Shown piece after piece: positions 17,381-25,730 of a stretch of 64,000 nucleotides of DNA. The stretch is from Clostridiales bacterium. Lineage in GTDB: Bacteria; Bacillota; Clostridia; Christensenellales; UBA1242. The stretch spans positions 5,364 to 69,363 of the forward strand of contig SVHI01000001.1 in assembly GCA_015055905.1 (NCBI GenBank). The letters run 5' to 3'. Each line of letters starts with the position of its first letter. The first letter of the stretch is position 1. The notes beneath the pieces are model-generated. The model worked only from the letters and a program-made list of their open reading frames with translations. It was not told where the DNA came from and ran no database searches. Made by a program: the position numbers and the translations under genes.

Positions 17381-19693
17381 ATGAACTTTATTGAGACAAT
17401 ATATAATCAAATTTTGAAAATGAGGAAGAAAGTTTTTTCAGTAAATGACGTTGCAAAAGCAACAGGTCTTGAATATGGCTTTGATAAAAGAACTCTCGTA
17501 AAGACTCTTGATGGGCTTGTTAGAGATGGAAAACTTGCTAAGGCAAAAAACGGCAATTATGCCCTTGAAAACAAGACTCAATTAATAAAATGCACACTTC
17601 TTGGAACCAGTAAAGATTATGCCTTTGCAAGGCCAATTACGGGCGAAAAAGACAATGATATTTTTATTTCTATTGCAAATATGAACGATGCTTGCCACGG
17701 TGACAAAGTTATGGTTGAAGTGGGCATTTCTGGCAGAGATAGAAAATATAAAATGAATATGCCGCTTGTTGCAAAAGATAAGAGAGAAGGTAGAGTTGTT
17801 GAGATTTTAGAAAGAGGCTTTAAGGTTGTTGTTGGTATTCTTTCAATTTCTGACAGAGGCGTTGCAACTGTTCTTCCTGATGACAGAAGATTTGCAGATT
17901 CTGTTTTCGTTTCTGCTGAAGATGTTAACGGCGCTCCAAACAACTCAAAAGTTGTTCTTGACATCATTGATTATCCATCACCAATCAAGATGGCGAGGGG
18001 TGTTGTTCGCGAGGTTCTTGGTGACCCAAGTGATGTTAGAGTAACAACCCTTTCAATTATTCGTTCATTTAACCTTTTTGAGGAGTTTCCTGAAGAGGTT
18101 GAGGCTGAGGCAAAACGAGTTTCAGTTCCTATTGAAAAAGAATCTCACGAGGGCAGAAAAGACTATCGTGACCGCTTGATTATCACAATCGATGGCGAAG
18201 ATGCTAGAGATTTTGACGACGCGATTTCGCTTACAAAAGAAGGCGATATTTATAATCTTGGTGTATATATTGCTGACGTGTCACACTATGTTCGCCCAGG
18301 TTCAAAGATTGATGAAGAGGCTTTCAAGCGTGGAACATCTGTATATTTCCCAGACCACGTTCTTCCAATGCTTCCAGTTGCGCTTTCAAATGGAATTTGC
18401 TCACTCAACCCAAATGAAGACAGATTCTCTTTGGCTGTTGAAATGAAACTTAATGCTGCAGGAAAGATTTTAGATTATGAAATTCACAAAGGTATCATTA
18501 GGTCTGCATACCGAATGACCTATACAAAGGTTACTAAAATTTTGGAAGGCGACAAAGCCCTTTCAAATGAATATAAAGAAATCGTGCCAATGCTATTTAA
18601 TATGGCAGAACTTGCTAAGATTTTAATCAAGCGTAGAGACAATGCTGGTCAACTTGACTTTGATATCCCAGAACCACAAATCATTTTGAATGATGACGGA
18701 ACGGTTGCAGATATTCACAGAAAACCACGAGAGATGTCTGACAGAGTTATCGAGCAATTTATGGTGCTTACAAATGAGGTTGTGGCTCGTCACTTTGACC
18801 ACTTGAAACTTCCATTTGTATATCGTGTTCACGAAACTCCAGCGCTTGAACGTGTTAGCAAATTTAGAGCATTTGTTGGTGCGTTAGGGCTCATGTTCTC
18901 AACCACTGGAAGTGAACCAAGTCCAAAAGACTTCCAAACACTTTTGAAACTTTCAGAAGGTCAAGACTATTCAACGGCGCTTTCAAAGGTTATGCTTAGA
19001 AGTATGTCAAAAGCAAGATATGAGGTTGAAAACCTTGGTCACTTTGGCTTGGCACTCAAAGACTATTGTCACTTCACATCACCAATTCGTCGTTATCCTG
19101 ACCTTATCATTCACAGAATCATAAGCGAATCGCTTGAAGGCAGACTTGACGGAAAGAGACTAAAGTTCTATGAATCATTTGTTCAAGACGCTGCAGAACG
19201 CTCAAGCACAACCGAAAAACAGGCTGAAGAGGCTGAAAGAACAGTTGACGACCAAAAATGCACAGAGTATATGCAAACCAAAATTGGTGAGGTTTTTGAG
19301 GGTGTTGTTTCTGGTGCAACTCCAAACGGTTTCTTTGTTGAACTTGACAACACCGTTGAAGGTTTTGTGTCAGTAAATAGACTCCCTGAAGGACACTATG
19401 AATATGATGAAAACCGCTATGCTCTTTCAGGTATGGGAAAGGTTTACAAAATTGGCGACAGAATTTCAATTAGAGTTGTTTCAACTGATGTGGTATTAAG
19501 ACACGTTGACTTTGAACTTGCTGACTTCCATAGAGAAGATACACCTGAAACTGAAGAACTTTTCAGTGCTAGGGAATATAGAAAGAACAGCCGTTCAAAC
19601 GGCGGAAGAGGAGGCGACAGACGTGGTGAACGTCATAATGACCACAGAGACCGCCACTCAAGAAGCAAGTCAAAAAGAAGAAAATTTAGATAA
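17381..19693 (+). CDS. rnr: Ribonuclease R
   Basis: 770 aa. RNB catalytic domain (DGEDARDFDDAIS, HFTSPIRRYPDLIIHR), an S1 domain, and a basic R/K/S/D C-terminal tail. Confidence 0.95.
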   Translation: MNFIETIYNQILKMRKKVFSVNDVAKATGLEYGFDKRTLVKTLDGLVRDGKLAKAKNGNYALENKTQLIKCTLLGTSKDYAFARPITGEKDNDIFISIANMNDACHGDKVMVEVGISGRDRKYKMNMPLVAKDKREGRVVEILERGFKVVVGILSISDRGVATVLPDDRRFADSVFVSAEDVNGAPNNSKVVLDIIDYPSPIKMARGVVREVLGDPSDVRVTTLSIIRSFNLFEEFPEEVEAEAKRVSVPIEKESHEGRKDYRDRLIITIDGEDARDFDDAISLTKEGDIYNLGVYIADVSHYVRPGSKIDEEAFKRGTSVYFPDHVLPMLPVALSNGICSLNPNEDRFSLAVEMKLNAAGKILDYEIHKGIIRSAYRMTYTKVTKILEGDKALSNEYKEIVPMLFNMAELAKILIKRRDNAGQLDFDIPEPQIILNDDGTVADIHRKPREMSDRVIEQFMVLTNEVVARHFDHLKLPFVYRVHETPALERVSKFRAFVGALGLMFSTTGSEPSPKDFQTLLKLSEGQDYSTALSKVMLRSMSKARYEVENLGHFGLALKDYCHFTSPIRRYPDLIIHRIISESLEGRLDGKRLKFYESFVQDAAERSSTTEKQAEEAERTVDDQKCTEYMQTKIGEVFEGVVSGATPNGFFVELDNTVEGFVSVNRLPEGHYEYDENRYALSGMGKVYKIGDRISIRVVSTDVVLRHVDFELADFHREDTPETEELFSAREYRKNSRSNGGRGGDRRGERHNDHRDRHSRSKSKRRKFR

Positions 19694-19696
19694 ACA

Positions 19697-19721
19697 AAAA
19701 GATGGGCGAACCCATCTTTTT
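19697..19721 (+). terminator. Rho-independent terminator after rnr
   Basis: AAAAGATGGG-cgaa-CCCATCTTTT plus T. Confidence 0.8.
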
Positions 19722-19758
19722 GTTGTGAGCGGGTCACAAACATTGTTTGGCAAGGTTC

Positions 19759-19787
19759 TTGATTTGCGTGAGTGAAAGTGATATAAT
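19759..19787 (+). promoter_or_regulatory. Promoter for smpB-ssrA
   Basis: TTGATT - 17 nt - TATAAT, 7 nt upstream of the smpB ATG region. Confidence 0.6.
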
Positions 19788-19793
19788 ATCGTT

Positions 19794-20237
19794 ATGAAAA
19801 TGATAACTGAAAATAGAGAGGCAAGGCATAATTATTTTCTTGAAGACTTTGTTGAGGCAGGCATTGTGCTTGTTGGCAGCGAAGTTAAGTCTTTGCGTGC
19901 AGGAAAATGCAATTTGAAAGATAGTTATGTTGTTGTTCGTGGCGGTGAAGTCTTCCTTTTGAATGCGTTTATTTCGCAATTTGAAAAAACTTCAATGTTT
20001 GCGCCAGACGAAAGACGAACAAGAAAACTTCTTTTGAACAAAGCAGAGATTTCAAAGTTTGAAAGAAAGACCAAAGAAAAGGGTCTCACAATCGTTCCAA
20101 CAAAAATGTATTTTAAGGAAGATAAAGTCAAAGTTGAAATTGCACTTGCAAAAGGAAAGCATCTTTATGACAAAAAGAAAGATTTGATGAAAGCCGACCT
20201 CAAACGTTATGCAGAACGTCAAATCAAAAATGATTAG
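19794..20237 (+). CDS. smpB: SsrA-binding protein SmpB
   Basis: 147 aa; ENREARHNYFLEDFVEAGIVLVGSEVKSLR...RTRKLLL signature. The start may instead be ATG 19800. Confidence 0.95.
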   Translation: MKMITENREARHNYFLEDFVEAGIVLVGSEVKSLRAGKCNLKDSYVVVRGGEVFLLNAFISQFEKTSMFAPDERRTRKLLLNKAEISKFERKTKEKGLTIVPTKMYFKEDKVKVEIALAKGKHLYDKKKDLMKADLKRYAERQIKND

Positions 20238-20261
20238 TTATTATTTTCGTAAAAGCATTAT

Positions 20262-20627
20262 GGGGGTGTTTTGGTTTCGACAGGGAGCTGGAATTGTTAC
20301 TTATAAGCGTGTGCGTAGCCCAAACTACGTAAAAAATTGGAAAAAAATAAACGCAAATAGCGATTTTAATGCTGCTGACGCAGCAATCGCAGCGTAACTA
20401 ATCGCTGCACGGCAATCTAACGTTGCTCACAGGCCTTAGGTTGTTGTTAATTTATGTGGGTTGAAAAGTGTTGATGTTGGTGCAATGCTTTTCGAGATAA
20501 CACCAAATCGCAAGAATGTATTTTGTTTGTTTCGAAACTCTTGTTAAACAATAAAACAGACTGGCACACGAAGAAGGGGTAATCGTTCGCTTTTTGGACG
20601 CGAGTTCAAATCTCGCCACCTCCACCA
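20262..20627 (+). ncRNA. ssrA: tmRNA (SsrA)
   Basis: 5' GGGGGUG pairs with 3' CACCUCC-ACCA (G3:U pair). T-arm is GCGAGUUCAAAUCUCGC. Internal tag ORF GCA AAU AGC GAU UUU AAU GCU GCU GAC GCA GCA AUC GCA GCG UAA encodes ANSDFNAADAAIAA. Confidence 0.93.
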
Positions 20628-20628
20628 G

Positions 20629-20657
20629 CAAAAGACTAGGGAAAACCTAGTCTTTTT
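20629..20657 (+). terminator. tmRNA terminator, copy 1 of a 29-nt perfect direct repeat
   Basis: CAAAAGACTAGGGAAAACCTAGTCTTTTT (hairpin AAAGACTAGG-gaaaa-CCTAGTCTTT plus T-run); identical to 22446-22474. Confidence 0.85.
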
Positions 20658-20732
20658 ATTTAGTCGCTGGCTCGATTCGGTGAACACCTGTGACGCTCTA
20701 AAGGTTCTTGCTATTGTGTCGCGTTTGCTCCT

Positions 20733-20753
20733 TTCAAATCTCGCCACCTCCAC
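20733..20753 (+). repeat. 21-nt duplicate of the tmRNA 3' end (att-like scar)
   Basis: TTCAAATCTCGCCACCTCCAC at 20733-20753 is identical to 20605-20625 inside ssrA. The flanks are unrelated. Confidence 0.85.
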
Positions 20754-20881
20754 AAATTGCATTCTAAATTGAATCCGATTATCTGGGTTCGATTTTTATT
20801 TGTGTCACACTTTCTTGAATTAGCAAATTTTCAGGGTTAAAATTTTGTATAATTGCTAAATTTAAGGAGAAATGATAAAAT

Positions 20882-21451
20882 ATGAGTGTATTTGATGACA
20901 TCAAAGAATCGGTAGAAAATTATTTCAAGGAAAAAACTACTAAATATTCACAATCATCAAAATGGAAAGGATATAAGCTTGGAATAACATTAAAACATTG
21001 TTCTGTATGCTATGAAAGAAATAATAAAATTTACGAAGCAGATTATGATGAACCGGAATTACCTGAACATTATGGTTGCAAATGTTATTTGGAATGGCTT
21101 AGAAGTTTAGGCGTTGGAAAAGCAACAGAACTAGGATTAAATGGTGCGGACTTTTATTTAAAACATTATGGATACTTACCAGATTATTATATAACAAAAC
21201 AAGAAGCAAAAAGTTTGGGGTGGAAATCTTATAAAGGAAATCTTGACAAAGTTGCACCTGGAAAAATGATGGGCGGAACAATTTATCTAAATATAGAAAA
21301 ACTATTACCAGAAAAAGAAGGTCGAATTTGGTATGAGTGTGACATTGATTATCAAGGTGGATACAGAAACAATGCAAGGCTTGTTTATTCAAACGATGGT
21401 TTAATTTTTAAAACAGATAGCCATTATACAAGTTTTATTGCAATTGAATAA
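20882..21451 (+). CDS. Barnase-family ribonuclease toxin fused to a MuF/SPP1-gp7-like C-terminal fragment; no signal peptide
   Basis: 189 aa. The C-terminal ~95 aa aligns along its length with barnase (LPDYYITKQEAKSLGW..KGNLDKVAPGK..GG..WYECDIDY..GYRNNARLVYSNDGLIFKTDSHYTSF), with counterparts of the catalytic K, E, R, R and H. The N-terminal part carries HCSVC...PELPEHYGCKC. Confidence 0.85.
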   Translation: MSVFDDIKESVENYFKEKTTKYSQSSKWKGYKLGITLKHCSVCYERNNKIYEADYDEPELPEHYGCKCYLEWLRSLGVGKATELGLNGADFYLKHYGYLPDYYITKQEAKSLGWKSYKGNLDKVAPGKMMGGTIYLNIEKLLPEKEGRIWYECDIDYQGGYRNNARLVYSNDGLIFKTDSHYTSFIAIE

Positions 21452-21461
21452 GGAGAAAGCT

Positions 21462-21743
21462 ATGATTAAATATGAATTTAATAGAAATGAATTCGAATGG
21501 GCAGAAGAGTTTTATGACATTATTCAAAAGAAAATGAATTTGCCAGATTGGTTCGGCAAAAATGCTGATGCGTTATGGGATATGCTAACAGGACATATCG
21601 AAACGCCTTGTGAAATTACGCTTACTGGATTTAATAAAGAAGAAATAAATAAATATAACAAATTAATAATTGATAGAATACTTTTTTGTTTTGAAGAAGC
21701 AGAAAGAGAATTTCCAGACGAATTTAAAATAATAATGAAGTAA
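21462..21743 (+). CDS. Barstar-family ribonuclease inhibitor
   Basis: 93 aa from ATG 21462 (RBS AGGAGA). LPDWFGKNADALWDMLTGHIETP matches barstar [23 protein letters not shown], including the key Asp residues. Confidence 0.88.
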   Translation: MIKYEFNRNEFEWAEEFYDIIQKKMNLPDWFGKNADALWDMLTGHIETPCEITLTGFNKEEINKYNKLIIDRILFCFEEAEREFPDEFKIIMK

Positions 21744-21776
21744 GCGTTCATCTCAATTATTACGTTTTATGCAGAT

Positions 21777-21808
21777 AAAAACAAAGTCAAATTGGCTTTG
21801 TTTTTTTA
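21777..21808 (+). terminator. Rho-independent terminator after barstar
   Basis: AAACAAAGTC-aaatt-GGCTTTGTTT (one G.U pair) plus a T7 run. Confidence 0.75.
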
Positions 21809-21854
21809 TTGCAAAATTCGAGGGTTGAATATATAATTTGGTTAGGAGATTTTT

Positions 21855-22442
21855 ATGAACTGTCCATTTTGTGAACTTGATGACAAAGATATTTCAAACA
21901 CCATTATTGAAGCAACTGAAAGTTTTTTGATTCTTCCAACCAAGGGCTCGCTTTGTGATGGCTATTTGCTGGTTATTCCAAAACAGCACTTAAACTCAAT
22001 GAATGAGTTAAGCCACGAACAAAAGCAAGAACTTATTTTTGTGCTGAAAAAACATAGAGAAAAATTCTATGAAGTTTATGGAAAATACCCATTTTTTTTT
22101 GAACACGGGTCAGCGGGTGAAAACGCAGAAGCGTCATCAAAGAGTGTGACCCACGCACATATTCATATTGTGAATCATAATTTCAAAAACGAGAACGAAA
22201 TAAAAGAGCAGATAAACTTGAAAAGGGTGAGTGAAGAAGAGTTTTTTGAAAACAAAAAAGCCAATTATATTTCTTATATTTCACCAGAGTTTGAGTTCTT
22301 TATTTCCTATAATTTCAAGCCAGTCAGCCAGCAAATGCGAATTTATATAGCAAACGATTTGGGGCTTGCAGACTATAACTGGAAGACCTCAAATTTTGAC
22401 AACAATATTTTATCAACAATAAAGAATTTTAAGATAGATTAG
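21855..22442 (+). CDS. HIT-family nucleotide hydrolase/transferase with C-terminal extension
   Basis: 195 aa; N-terminal CPFC, histidine triad THAHIHIV, then a ~85 aa extension with no recognised family. Confidence 0.8.
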   Translation: MNCPFCELDDKDISNTIIEATESFLILPTKGSLCDGYLLVIPKQHLNSMNELSHEQKQELIFVLKKHREKFYEVYGKYPFFFEHGSAGENAEASSKSVTHAHIHIVNHNFKNENEIKEQINLKRVSEEEFFENKKANYISYISPEFEFFISYNFKPVSQQMRIYIANDLGLADYNWKTSNFDNNILSTIKNFKID

Positions 22443-22445
22443 TAA

Positions 22446-22475
22446 CAAAAGACTAGGGAAAACCTAGTCTTTTTT
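22446..22475 (+). terminator. Terminator, copy 2 of the 29-nt direct repeat
   Basis: CAAAAGACTAGGGAAAACCTAGTCTTTTT identical to 20629-20657. Similarity continues loosely for ~13 nt (TTTGTCGATGG vs TTTAGTCGCTGG). Confidence 0.85.
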
Positions 22476-22538
22476 GTTTGTCGATGGGGAATAATTTATG
22501 ATAGAATGAAACAAGATTAAGACAAAAGGAGAACACTA

Positions 22539-23690
22539 ATGGAAATTAGCAAAAATATAAAATATGTTGGTGTGAATGACAAGGAAATTGATTTGTTTGA
22601 GGGTCAATATGTTGTCCCAAACGGAATGGCGTATAACTCTTATGTTATTTTAGATAATATGGTTGCTGTTATGGATAGCGTTGACGAGCATTTCGCTGGT
22701 GAATGGCTTGAAAACATCAAAGCAGTTTTGGGTGAAAGAAAACCAGATTATTTGGTTGTTCAACATATGGAACCTGACCATTCAGGAAGCATTATGGATT
22801 TTGTTAAGGAATTCCCAGAAACCAAAATCGTGTCGTCAGCAAAAGCTTTTGTGATGATGAAAAACTTTTTTGGAACTGACTTTGCTGAAAAGCAAGTTGT
22901 GGTGGCGGAGGGTTCAAAACTTGAACTTGGCGAACATAAACTTTCGTTTATTGAAGCGCCTATGGTTCACTGGCCAGAAGTTATTATGACATTTGAAGAA
23001 ACCGAGGGTGTTTTATTCTCAGCAGACGCATTTGGAAAATTTGGTTCACTTGACACAGATGAAGAATGGGCTTGTGAAGCTCGCAGATATTATATCGGCA
23101 TCGTTGGAAAATTTGGTCTTCCAGTTCAAACTTTGCTCAAAAAAGCGGCTGGTTTGAACATTAAAACAATTTGTCCATTGCACGGACCAATCCTTACTGA
23201 AAATCTTGGTTATTATATTGACCTTTATAACACTTGGTCAAGTTACGGCGTTGAGAGTGAGGGTGTTGTGATTGCTTACACATCGGTTTATGGCAACACA
23301 AAAAAGGCAGTTAACAAACTTGCTGAATTGCTTGAATCAAAGGGACAAAAGGTTGTTGTTAATGACCTTGCAAGATGTGATATGGCTGAGGCTGTTGAAG
23401 ACGCATTTAGATATGGCAAAATCGTGTTTGCCACAACCACTTATAATGGAGATATCTTCCCATTTATGAAAGAGTTTATTAACCACTTAACTGAAAGAAA
23501 TTTCCAAAACAAAGTTGTTGGTTTCATTGAAAACGGAAGTTGGGCACCAACCGCTGCAAGAGTGATGAAAACAATGCTTGAAAAATGCAAAGATTTAACA
23601 TTCACCCAAACAAGCGTTAAGATTATGTCAGCACTAAACGCAGAAAACGAAACTGCTCTTGAATCGCTCGCAAATGAGCTTTGCAAATAA
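22539..23690 (+). CDS. Flavodiiron protein (metallo-beta-lactamase-like + flavodoxin domains; O2/NO reductase)
   Basis: 383 aa; diiron motif VVQHMEPDHSG; C-terminal flavodoxin-like VVIAYTSVYGNTKK. Confidence 0.9.
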   Translation: MEISKNIKYVGVNDKEIDLFEGQYVVPNGMAYNSYVILDNMVAVMDSVDEHFAGEWLENIKAVLGERKPDYLVVQHMEPDHSGSIMDFVKEFPETKIVSSAKAFVMMKNFFGTDFAEKQVVVAEGSKLELGEHKLSFIEAPMVHWPEVIMTFEETEGVLFSADAFGKFGSLDTDEEWACEARRYYIGIVGKFGLPVQTLLKKAAGLNIKTICPLHGPILTENLGYYIDLYNTWSSYGVESEGVVIAYTSVYGNTKKAVNKLAELLESKGQKVVVNDLARCDMAEAVEDAFRYGKIVFATTTYNGDIFPFMKEFINHLTERNFQNKVVGFIENGSWAPTAARVMKTMLEKCKDLTFTQTSVKIMSALNAENETALESLANELCK

Positions 23691-23694
23691 AGCA

Positions 23695-23725
23695 AAAGGA
23701 AGTCAATTTTGACTTCCTTTTTATT
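23695..23725. terminator. Bidirectional terminator (flavodiiron gene / TetR gene)
   Basis: AAAGGAAGTC-aatttt-GACTTCCTTT plus a T-run. Confidence 0.85.
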
Positions 23726-24275
23726 TTACAAAAATATCGTTTGATGAACGGTTGGTGTATTCTTTCTTTAAAAGTGTTGCCATTTGTTCAGGCGTTTCTT
23801 TGCAGTCTCTATCGAGCCAGAGTTTGCACATTTCTTTGATTCCTGCACCAAAGAAGGTTGCGCGGTATGCAATTTCAATAGAGTCCGCAGTAACTGCTTT
23901 TTCATTTAGGTTTTCCAAAATTTGCGACTTGGCATTCTTTTCAGCAACGGTTGTGTATGGGATATTTAAAAAAGCTTTATAGAAATATTTATTCTTTTCA
24001 ACAAATTCAAACATTTCCAAAAAGGCATCATTTTCTTGTCTGTTTCCAAAGTCAAATATAGAAGCCATACTATTTGCAAACCTTGACTCAATTGTAACAA
24101 CAAGGTCATTAATGTCATCATAGTGTGCATAAAAAGTGCTGCGGTTGATTTCTGCTTTTTTGCAAATTTGGCTTATTTTAATGTCTTCATATTTGTGATT
24201 TAAAATAAGTGCCAAAAATGCAGTTTCAATTTTTTCGCTACTATTTTTATATCTTTGGTTGTTTTTAATATTCAT
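23721..24275 (-). CDS. TetR/AcrR-family transcriptional regulator
   Basis: 184 aa; N-terminal HTH ISQICKKAEINRSTFYAHYDDINDL. Confidence 0.88.
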   Translation of the reverse strand: MNIKNNQRYKNSSEKIETAFLALILNHKYEDIKISQICKKAEINRSTFYAHYDDINDLVVTIESRFANSMASIFDFGNRQENDAFLEMFEFVEKNKYFYKAFLNIPYTTVAEKNAKSQILENLNEKAVTADSIEIAYRATFFGAGIKEMCKLWLDRDCKETPEQMATLLKKEYTNRSSNDIFVK

Positions 24276-24295
24276 AAACGCCTCGTTATTTTATT

Positions 24296-24309
24296 CCAAC
24301 AGATGTTGG
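24296..24309. promoter_or_regulatory. 14-bp palindrome, candidate TetR operator
   Basis: CCAACA-GA-TGTTGG lies 21 nt upstream of the TetR start codon, in the divergent intergenic region. Another TGTTGG half-site is at 24386-24391. Confidence 0.4.
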
Positions 24310-24339
24310 TTTTTTGTTGTGTGTAAAAAACTCAATTTA

Positions 24340-24368
24340 TTGATGCTGTAATTTTAAAATAGTATAAT
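24340..24368 (+). promoter_or_regulatory. Promoter of the small-protein/ABC operon
   Basis: TTGATG - 17 nt - TATAAT. Confidence 0.6.
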
Positions 24369-24434
24369 TTTATTAGTTAGTCAAGTGTTGGAATAATGAT
24401 TTGGCTAAATTTTATTTCTAAGGAGATTATTAAA

Positions 24435-24812
24435 ATGGCAGAAAAGAAAGATAACATCTTCAAAAAGATAGGAAGATTCTTCAAAAAATCATTTAGTGAT
24501 ATGGGTGAAAGTGCAAAAGCACAACACGAAGTTGACAAAGCAAACCTTGCAGCTGTGAAGGCTGAATCAAAGGCAAACTTTGAAGAAAACAGAGGAACAA
24601 ACACTTTTAGAAAAGCAAAAGAAATCGGCAAACAATCTTGGGACGATGCTCATATGACACCAGCAGAAAGAACTGCAAAAACAAGAGAAGAACAACAAAA
24701 GCAAATTGAAGAAGCAAATGCAAGAATCAAAGCAGCAAACGAAAGATATGAAGCTGCAAAAGTCACAAAAAAAGCTGTTGAAACAACAGAAGAAAAAACT
24801 GAAAAAGAATAA
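24435..24812 (+). CDS. Lysine/glutamate-rich hypothetical protein with amphipathic N-terminus
   Basis: 125 aa from ATG 24435 (RBS AAGGAGA); starts MAEKKDNIFKKIGRFFKKSF; the rest is helical K/E/A-rich; no TM segment and no recognised family. Confidence 0.65.
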   Translation: MAEKKDNIFKKIGRFFKKSFSDMGESAKAQHEVDKANLAAVKAESKANFEENRGTNTFRKAKEIGKQSWDDAHMTPAERTAKTREEQQKQIEEANARIKAANERYEAAKVTKKAVETTEEKTEKE

Positions 24813-24826
24813 TCTAGGAGCGAAAA

Positions 24827-25729
24827 ATGAACGCAATAGAAATTAAAGGATTAAAGAAGTCTTTCCGTGGGATGTATGCTTTGAATGGACTCAATATGAC
24901 CGTTCCAGTAGGTTCAATCTATGGCTTTATTGGTGAAAACGGAAGCGGTAAGTCAACCACCGAAAAACTTATCTGCGGACACCTTGTAAAGGACGCAGGG
25001 ACTGTTAAGTTGTTTGGAAAAGACTACACTGACCCAGGCGTTAGAGTGCGTGTTGGTGCGCTCATTGAAAACGCAGGCTGTTTTCCAGGTTCAAGCATCT
25101 ACACAAACCTTAAAATGCAATGTTTAAACCTTGGCATTGAAAATGCTGAAGAAGAGATTGATAGGGTATTAAGTATCGTTAGAATGGACGAGCACAAAGA
25201 ACTCAAATTCAAAAAGTGTTCGCTTGGTATGAAACAAAGAGTTGGTATTGCAATGGCGCTTTTGGGTAGCCCAGCACTTTTGATTCTTGACGAACCAATC
25301 AATGGCTTAGACACTGACGGTATGCGTATTATGCGTGAAATTTTGGTTGATATCACAAAAAATTACAACTGCACAGTTTTGATTTCTTCACACATTTTGG
25401 GTGAACTTGAAAAGATTGCAACACACTACGGAATTATCCGTCAAGGCAAAATGATTCAAGAACTTTCAGCCGAAGAAATGGAAGCAAGAGCAAGAGTTTT
25501 TGTTTCACTCAAAGTTTCAAACACTGAAGGTGCACTCAAGGCGCTTGGAAAGATGTTTAAAAATGTTCGTGAAGAAGAAGGATTCATTCGCGTTTACGAC
25601 GAAGAAAACACAGAGTCAATTGTTGAATTTTTGATTTCAAAAGGATTTGTTCCAAGCCAAGTTAAAAAGAATAAGGTTGGTTTGGAAGAATATTATATTG
25701 AACTTATGAGTAAAAAGGAGAGGGCATAA
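24827..25729 (+). CDS. ABC transporter ATP-binding protein (module 1)
   Basis: 300 aa; Walker A GENGSGKST, signature CSLGMKQR, Walker B LLILDEP. Confidence 0.93.
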   Translation: MNAIEIKGLKKSFRGMYALNGLNMTVPVGSIYGFIGENGSGKSTTEKLICGHLVKDAGTVKLFGKDYTDPGVRVRVGALIENAGCFPGSSIYTNLKMQCLNLGIENAEEEIDRVLSIVRMDEHKELKFKKCSLGMKQRVGIAMALLGSPALLILDEPINGLDTDGMRIMREILVDITKNYNCTVLISSHILGELEKIATHYGIIRQGKMIQELSAEEMEARARVFVSLKVSNTEGALKALGKMFKNVREEEGFIRVYDEENTESIVEFLISKGFVPSQVKKNKVGLEEYYIELMSKKERA

Positions 25730-25730
25730 T

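Noticed and set aside
19723-19739. TTGTGA-GCGGG-TCACAA palindrome after the rnr terminator, considered as a Rex or CRP/FNR-type operator
   Set aside because: The half-sites are separated by 5 nt, whereas Rex (TTGTGAA-N4-TTCACAA) and CRP (TGTGA-N6-TCACA) require 6. It may simply be a second terminator-proximal hairpin.
20209-20762. ORFs 20209-20397 (+) and 20544-20762 (-) overlapping the tmRNA gene
   Set aside because: The plus ORF is just read-through into the tmRNA tag reading frame, and the minus ORF lies antisense to the tmRNA 3' domain. The region is fully explained by ssrA.
20628-22475. Search for an integrase, recombinase or transposase associated with the tmRNA-adjacent cassette
   Set aside because: None of the ORFs in or beside the cassette has recombinase motifs. 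The mobile-element call is therefore limited to repeats and a scar, with no intact element annotated.
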